From Moniliella sp. 'wahieum' (Eukaryota): a DNA stretch of 64,000 nt. Positions 58,542 to 64,000 of this stretch are shown piece by piece (position 1 is the first letter of the stretch; every line of letters begins with the position of its first letter). The stretch is taken from contig RSEE01000056.1 of NCBI GenBank assembly GCA_003971905.1, forward strand, positions 186,001-250,000, read 5' to 3'. The translations under genes and the position numbers were made by a program. A model generated the notes under the pieces. That model searched no databases. It saw only the letters and a program-made list of their open reading frames with translations, and was not told where the DNA came from.

Positions 58542-59334
58542 GGGGTGAGAAAAGGAGGAGAAGAGGAGAAAGGGGAGAGAGAAGGGATGTGTGGTGGGGG
58601 TGGTGGCAGTGCGCCTACAGCAGGCGGATGGGACGGTGACACTTACCTTGCCCTTGCCCCCCGCAGGTTGCTGGTGTTGTTCATATCGCCACATTGCCCC
58701 CACACTCGCGCTGTGCTCGGGCTGGTGTTGGTTAGGACACGCGCCGCGCCGGCCGTGCCTCAACCCACCATTCCGCCCGCCCACGTGAACGGGAATTGGA
58801 AATGTGCACGTGACGCGGCTTCGATCGGTAGGGTTCTGGGAAGCGGGTTGGCTCTGCAACCAGAACAGAAATTTGGCCAAACCCCACAGCACCTCCCCCC
58901 CCCTTGCCCCCCACCCAAAAAAGCTGTATGAAGAGAGGCGCCCCAATATACCATGGATGGACGACACAGACGAGGCATCATGTCTGAGGCCCCAGAGACA
59001 GTTGGTATCCAGGAATGCACCGATATATTATGCACAACCAAGAAGAGCGTCCGCCCCCCCCCCTCCCCCCTCTCTCTTCCTGCCACCCGAGCAGATCAAA
59101 ATGCACGCCAAGCAAGCACTGGTGCGGCAGATTCGCTCTAACTGTTCCATGTCTCATCGAAACCCATTTGAAGCCGTGATGTGTTTGGCCAGTGAGGGTT
59201 GATTCTTTGTTTGTTAGGATCCAATATCCATTCCAAGGGGGTGATAGCGGTATCCTCGAATCTATAGTAGAGAGCAGGAAATGTAGAGCAAAGAAGAGAG
59301 AGCGGGGGGGCCGGATTATGTTAGTGTGCCTTCT

Positions 59335-60533
59335 TCAAAGGTGCTCGCGGTAAGCGAGTCGGACTATATGATGAAAACCGTTCTTCCTGTCCGCGCTCAA
59401 GGAGAGAGATCGTGTGAGGGACTGTGCGGTGGCTGACACAGAGCTGGCAGCCTGGGAGAGGGAACGGCGGACGGAAACAGATCGGCCCTTGCCAAGGTCA
59501 AAGGGGGATCGTACCGAATGCGACGCGGGGGCAGAGAAGGTGGACGTGGCCCACCAAGCGGCCACGGTAGTGCTCAATCGGAATAGGTACAATCCCAACG
59601 TCCAAGCGCCCATGGCCACCGCACAGGAGCGTGCAACCATGGATAAAAAGGAAGGCCTAGAACGACGGAGGGCAAGGGTGACGCCTTCGAGGCTAATGCC
59701 AAAGAAGATTCCAGGGGTACCCATTCGATTCCACAGAGGGCGGGTGTACTGAGTGACGCTGTACTGGCTGGTTATGATTGGGGAAGAGGTGGCCATATAT
59801 ACCGTAGGCACGAGGGTAATGTAGTATTGGAAAACTTGAAAGGGGGCCACCGCTATCGAACGGGCCCCGTCTAGGGGCACAGGCCGCCCGGGTATCGCAG
59901 GTCCAAAGGCGAGATGATGAAAGATATGTGTCAAGTTCATTTCTGCGGCTTATGTTAATCTCGTGCGCCAAAAAGAGAAGAAGGGTCGAGACACGTACGA
60001 CTGTGCTTGGCATGGGCTGCCGGATGTTCTGGATCAAAGTAGCCATGACCTGCGGTGGTGAGTTGGAGCGAGCCACCGATTTGTGCCAGAGAGAATTCTC
60101 CCGAAAGCCGGCAGGCTTCGTCATGCCTCCTTTGGATCTTGTCCACTGGCGGGGTAAGCCAAGGGTGGCAGCAAAGGAGGGGGGTGCGCTGGAGGAGCGG
60201 GGTGAGATGTACCAAGTCGTCCTTGGCATCGTGCCATTCGAGACTGAGCAGTTCGCAGCGCATGGCTACCGTCATGTCGAGGGATAAGTCCACGGTGCTG
60301 GGGAGAGTTCGGTCGAGTACAAAGTCATGGATCGTTTCGCTAGCAGTAGCCAAGCGGCAGACATCGGCCAGGCACAGCAGCGTCACGGCGCACACGAGGA
60401 GTACCGACCATAGCCCGCCGGCGCGGGTGGTGTGGGAGTAGAGAGTGTGGGTCTTGGGGAACGCGTCGAAGGAGCGGAGCGGCCGGGACGAATCAAGGCG
60501 GGCCAGCAACGAACGAGACGCCTCGCTGCCCAT
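59335..60533 (-). CDS. ERV41: ER-Golgi vesicle protein Erv41/ERGIC2 family
   Basis: LRSFDAFPK, GGLWSVLL TM, LDMTVAMRC, ACRLSG, GHGY, NLTHIFHHLAFGP, PLDG, FQYYITLVPTVY, TSQYSVT, PGIFF, second TM. Lacks the Cys-rich insert of Erv46. One short intron near 59943-59997. Confidence 0.85.
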
Positions 60534-60801
60534 CGAAGCGTGGACCGACCAGGTGGTACGGGCGAGAGAGGCAGAGGGACCTCGCTGCCATCGTTGCTGC
60601 TCCACTCGGGCGGGAATCGGGATGAGGCCCAGGGGAGGCAAGACTGTTCCTGTACTGGATGGGCCCCGTGGGCTGAAAACAGTGGCGCTATGCTGGGGAC
60701 AGTGCCTCGCGCGAGCCGAACGGGTGTGGTGCTAGCGAGCCGCTGGCCTTGGGGGGCTTGCCAGGGCCTGCCAGGGCTTGCGGGGGCTTGCTTCAGAGCT
60801 C

Positions 60802-60831
60802 CAAGCTTCAAGCTTCAAGCTTCAAGCTTCA
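60802..60831. repeat. Heptamer tandem array (CAAGCTT)4 in the ERV41/SWC5 divergent promoter
   Basis: caagcttcaagcttcaagcttcaagcttca; reverse complement of the unit at 20008. Confidence 0.95.
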
Positions 60832-60970
60832 TCACAATTGGACTCATCCCATGTCACACGTCACGTGATGCCCACGACTCAAATTGCAATGCATCCGAGC
60901 GCCCTTGTGCTAATCAAGCCAGCGGTGATACCAGTCTGTCGCACTCCTTCCTCACCCCACCACCTCGGCG

Positions 60971-61749
60971 ATGCCATCTTCCTCCGACAGCGACTCGTCT
61001 GACGAGGAGTTTGTCGTCTCCAAACCGACGCAAGGAACTTGTACGCCTTTCTTCTTTCCGTCGAAATCAAAGCTGACACGTTACAGCCTCGGACGACTCT
61101 GACACCGACGCGCCCACCAAGCGCCAGCCTGACCCTACTGGACTAGAGGAGGGGGAGGCAGCTACCCTCGCACAAGACGCCGGGGACCTTCACTCCTATG
61201 GACGGGGAAAGCGACGAGCGGTGACTGCTGACCCGGCACCTGTACAACAGGCAGCTCCGCCCTCCGGGTCCAGTCAGGCCGATGCCATCTGGGCCGAGAT
61301 GAAGAGTGCACCTGCTGAACTCAAGGCGGCTCCGGCCATGGTCAAGGTCATGCGTACCTACCAGTTTGCGGGGGAGGAGGTGCATGAGGAAGGGACCTGC
61401 CCGCTGACCATCCGGACGCCGTAGCGCAGTCCCGGACAATTGACAAGACCCCTTCTGCCCCCACCTCCTTCGCGTCCACGGCCAAGCCCGGAAGGAAACG
61501 CAAAGCGGGCCTCGCGAGCTTGGCGGCGGCTGCTACGGCGAAAGCGCCCAAGCTCAACACGGTGGAGAAGAGCAAGTTGGATTGGGAAGCTTACAAGGCC
61601 CAAGGCATGAGTCAGGAGGAATGGAACAGATTGAGGCCCAAACACGCGGCACGCGCGGAAGGGGCAAGATGGAAGGGTATTTGGATCGGTCGGATTTCTT
61701 GGATCGGGTACATGCTCGGCAGGAGGAGGAGCTTGCTCGCAAAAGATGA
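60971..61749 (+). CDS. SWC5: SWR1-complex subunit Swc5 (BCNT/CFDP1 domain)
   Basis: Acidic start MPSSSDSDSSDEEF, short intron (~61041-61087), ADAIWAEMK, VKVMRTYQFAGEEV, KLNTVEKSKLDWEAYK, GYLDRSDFLDRV (BCNT C-terminal signature). Confidence 0.9.
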
Positions 61750-62025
61750 TCTCGCAAGAACGATTCGTCTGTCACTCGGGCTATGAGGACAGGACCGGGA
61801 AGTGAGAGTGAACTACATATTGGTGCGTGAGTGTTAGAGGGCAGAATCGCGTACACGTGCCTGATGCTGAGACAGAAACGTAGTCGACTTGCGACCCCCA
61901 TGCGAGAGGAGAGATGAACACTGAAACGGTCTCGGGCCTCCATACTGAAGCCCGGAGGCCGGGGGGGGGGGGGGGGTGAGGTGCATGTGCTACTGGGGCT
62001 ATCTCTGGCATTCAACAGGAAGACA

Positions 62026-63582
62026 TTATGCATTGGCCAAACACCCCTCACCCTCTGAGAAGAGGTGAAGGGTACTTGCATTGATCATGAGCAGGTAGGG
62101 GTAAAGTCGGTATCTTTGTGCAGTGCGAATCTGGTGCAGAGGAGCACTTCGTTCTCCTCCACCATGGGATGTGAAAGAGGAATGGGCGTAGGATCCCATA
62201 TCGCCAGGTATGGCCGCGTTGTCTCGAGGCCGAGAGGGCAGAGCGGATGGATCCAGATGGCACGGGAACAGCGTCAAACGAAGGTGCATGTGAAAACGTA
62301 GGAGAAAAGAGGGCCAAGATCGAGCCTGTACTACGAGACGTACAGCGGGCCAGGACCGCGCCGCCGGGGGGACCCATTGGGATGGTCGCGAGCACCTGCA
62401 ACACGTGGGAGGGGCGGGGCGCGTCTTGCCCCCTACCTGTCCTGTGAATGCGGGCGTCTTCTCCACGTCAAAGATAGACGGGCGGGGTTTGGATGGAATG
62501 CGCGGCGGAGCCGGCGCATATTGCTCCTCAGCCCAAAAGATATGCTGGGACCGAGCATGCTGCAGGGCGGCCATGGCCTTCTCCACTAACCCCCAGAGAC
62601 AGGGCGCGCTTTGCGAGCGCGGGCACGTGCCTGAATGATGCGCTGCACAGTGGTCATGCCCTGCGGCGGTTCAGCCGAATCGGCCGCAGAGGGCGCAATG
62701 CGCACCGGAGCGGGCGAGGGGACTGCTTGGCTGTTGACGAGTGGCACTGGGTGCTCCCGTGGGCGAGCATCCAGACGAGAGAAAGGGGTCGTCGGTTTGG
62801 CACCATCGCTACGGCGGGGACGGAAATGCTTGTCCACATCAGGTTGTTCCAGGTGGTGCACCAGGGCAGTAAGGTTGACTCCGCGCGGACGAGGTGGAGC
62901 AACGCGAGAGGGGGAAGGTGACCGTTGCCGCTTGCGCGTAGATGGCGTGGGAGAGGCCGAATGTGCGGCCTGTGGGCGGATTAGGGTCTGGAATGGGGGG
63001 TGGGGCAGGCGCGTGTTTGGGACAGAGTTCGGGGTGACAATGTGGTTAGATTGAAAACGGGACTGGGGCGTAGAGCGTGAGGAACGTGGGGGGTGGGGCA
63101 CAAGCGGTGCGGTGCGCATCATTGTCGTCAGCTCTGACAGGGACAGTTTCGCTTGCGGCCGGTCGGGGCGGGCGGAGGAGGAGGAGGACGCGCATTTTGC
63201 CGCGCAGGTGTGGTGAGCTTTGGGTTTGGATTGGCTGCGAGCGAGGAACGGCGCCAGATGAGTTTCTGTCGTTCGCGTTCGGCGCCACGGGAGAAGAGGA
63301 GCGGCTCCTGATCAAATGCGAAAGAGGGGGCCTGCTTGCTGGGTGCCTCGGGGCGGGAGGGGGGCAGGACACGTGGACTGCGTGGGCTGCGGCCCAGACG
63401 ACGGCGGGGCGAGGGCTGGCCCTGCCATGGGTGGGCGGGAGAGGGTTGTTCTCGTCGGCGTCGGCGTCGGTGCCGGAGCAAGCGGGGCGCGGGCTCGGAA
63501 GCGGACGCTTGCGCTTCGTTGTGGGCGTCGCTGGCAGCGGAGGTTGCGGGCAGGGCGGGGACGTGCTGCGGGTGGGCACCAT
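62026..63582 (-). CDS. Hypothetical Pro/Ser/Arg-rich protein
   Basis: Chain of long overlapping minus-strand ORFs from the ATG at 63582 (MVPTRSTSPP..., KRKRP NLS-like). The 3' end and introns are uncertain. Confidence 0.45.
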
Positions 63583-64000
63583 GGAATAGGGAGGCTGTGG
63601 CCGTTGGACGTTGGTCGCCAATGTTAATGAGGGAGAGTGACTAGGGAGGAGTGAGGCTGAGGCGCGGAGGCCTTAGCCGAGGCACTGCATCATCCTTTGG
63701 ATGATCGATGATCGATCGCCAGTGGCGGAGAAGCGGCGTCGAGGAGCAATGGTTAAATTTTAAACGGGTAAATGCAATGGCAGACAATGGCCGCCACGCG
63801 TCGCGTGTGTCATCGATGTCATCGATCATCGATCATCGATCATCGGTGAGCATATCGGCCATCTTGATCGATCTGTGCATGTGATCATTAAAAGCGGCGC
63901 GTGATGTGCGGCGCGTGACGTGACGCGACAGGTGGCTTCTTCTCGGTTACCGCTTTCGCAAATTTATGAACGCCGCCAGGTTGCCATTTGCATTCTCAAA

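Overview
GC-rich eukaryotic (fungal, most likely basidiomycete) chromosomal segment with short GT-AG spliceosomal introns and low intron density. It holds about 21 protein-coding genes and one intron-containing tRNA-Phe. In order: formin-GBD/Rid1-like gene (truncated at the window start), membrane-anchored alpha/beta-hydrolase, HOL1-type MFS transporter, RPP2, LEA_2-type membrane protein, LURP1/Tubby-C2-like protein, tRNA-Phe, STE20, head-to-head HSP60/HSP10, enolase, Rad26/ATRIP-like, aconitase, MPH1/FANCM, a hypothetical gene, MRS3/4 mitoferrin, HIU hydrolase, pyruvate decarboxylase, DBP2, NFKBIL1-like, myosin light chain, ERV41, SWC5 and a Pro-rich hypothetical gene. Almost every CDS, including essential ones, is broken by small indels. 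This is best read as uncorrected long-read error, so CDS coordinates are reconstructed across frames by eye and are approximate. The most unusual signal is a recurrent intergenic grammar of 7-bp-period repeats, TGA-NNNN-TGA, in which the A-NNNN-T hexamer is palindromic but varies in sequence (10 different hexamers). Other leads: a 629-nt, hairpin-rich DBP2 intron containing a candidate poison 3' splice site, a Tbf1-like plus Cbf1-like module upstream of RPP2, and a gene-poor island (about 11.5-21.5 kb) with duplication scars and a candidate structured element. No database searches or folding computations were run; family assignments come from recognised motifs.
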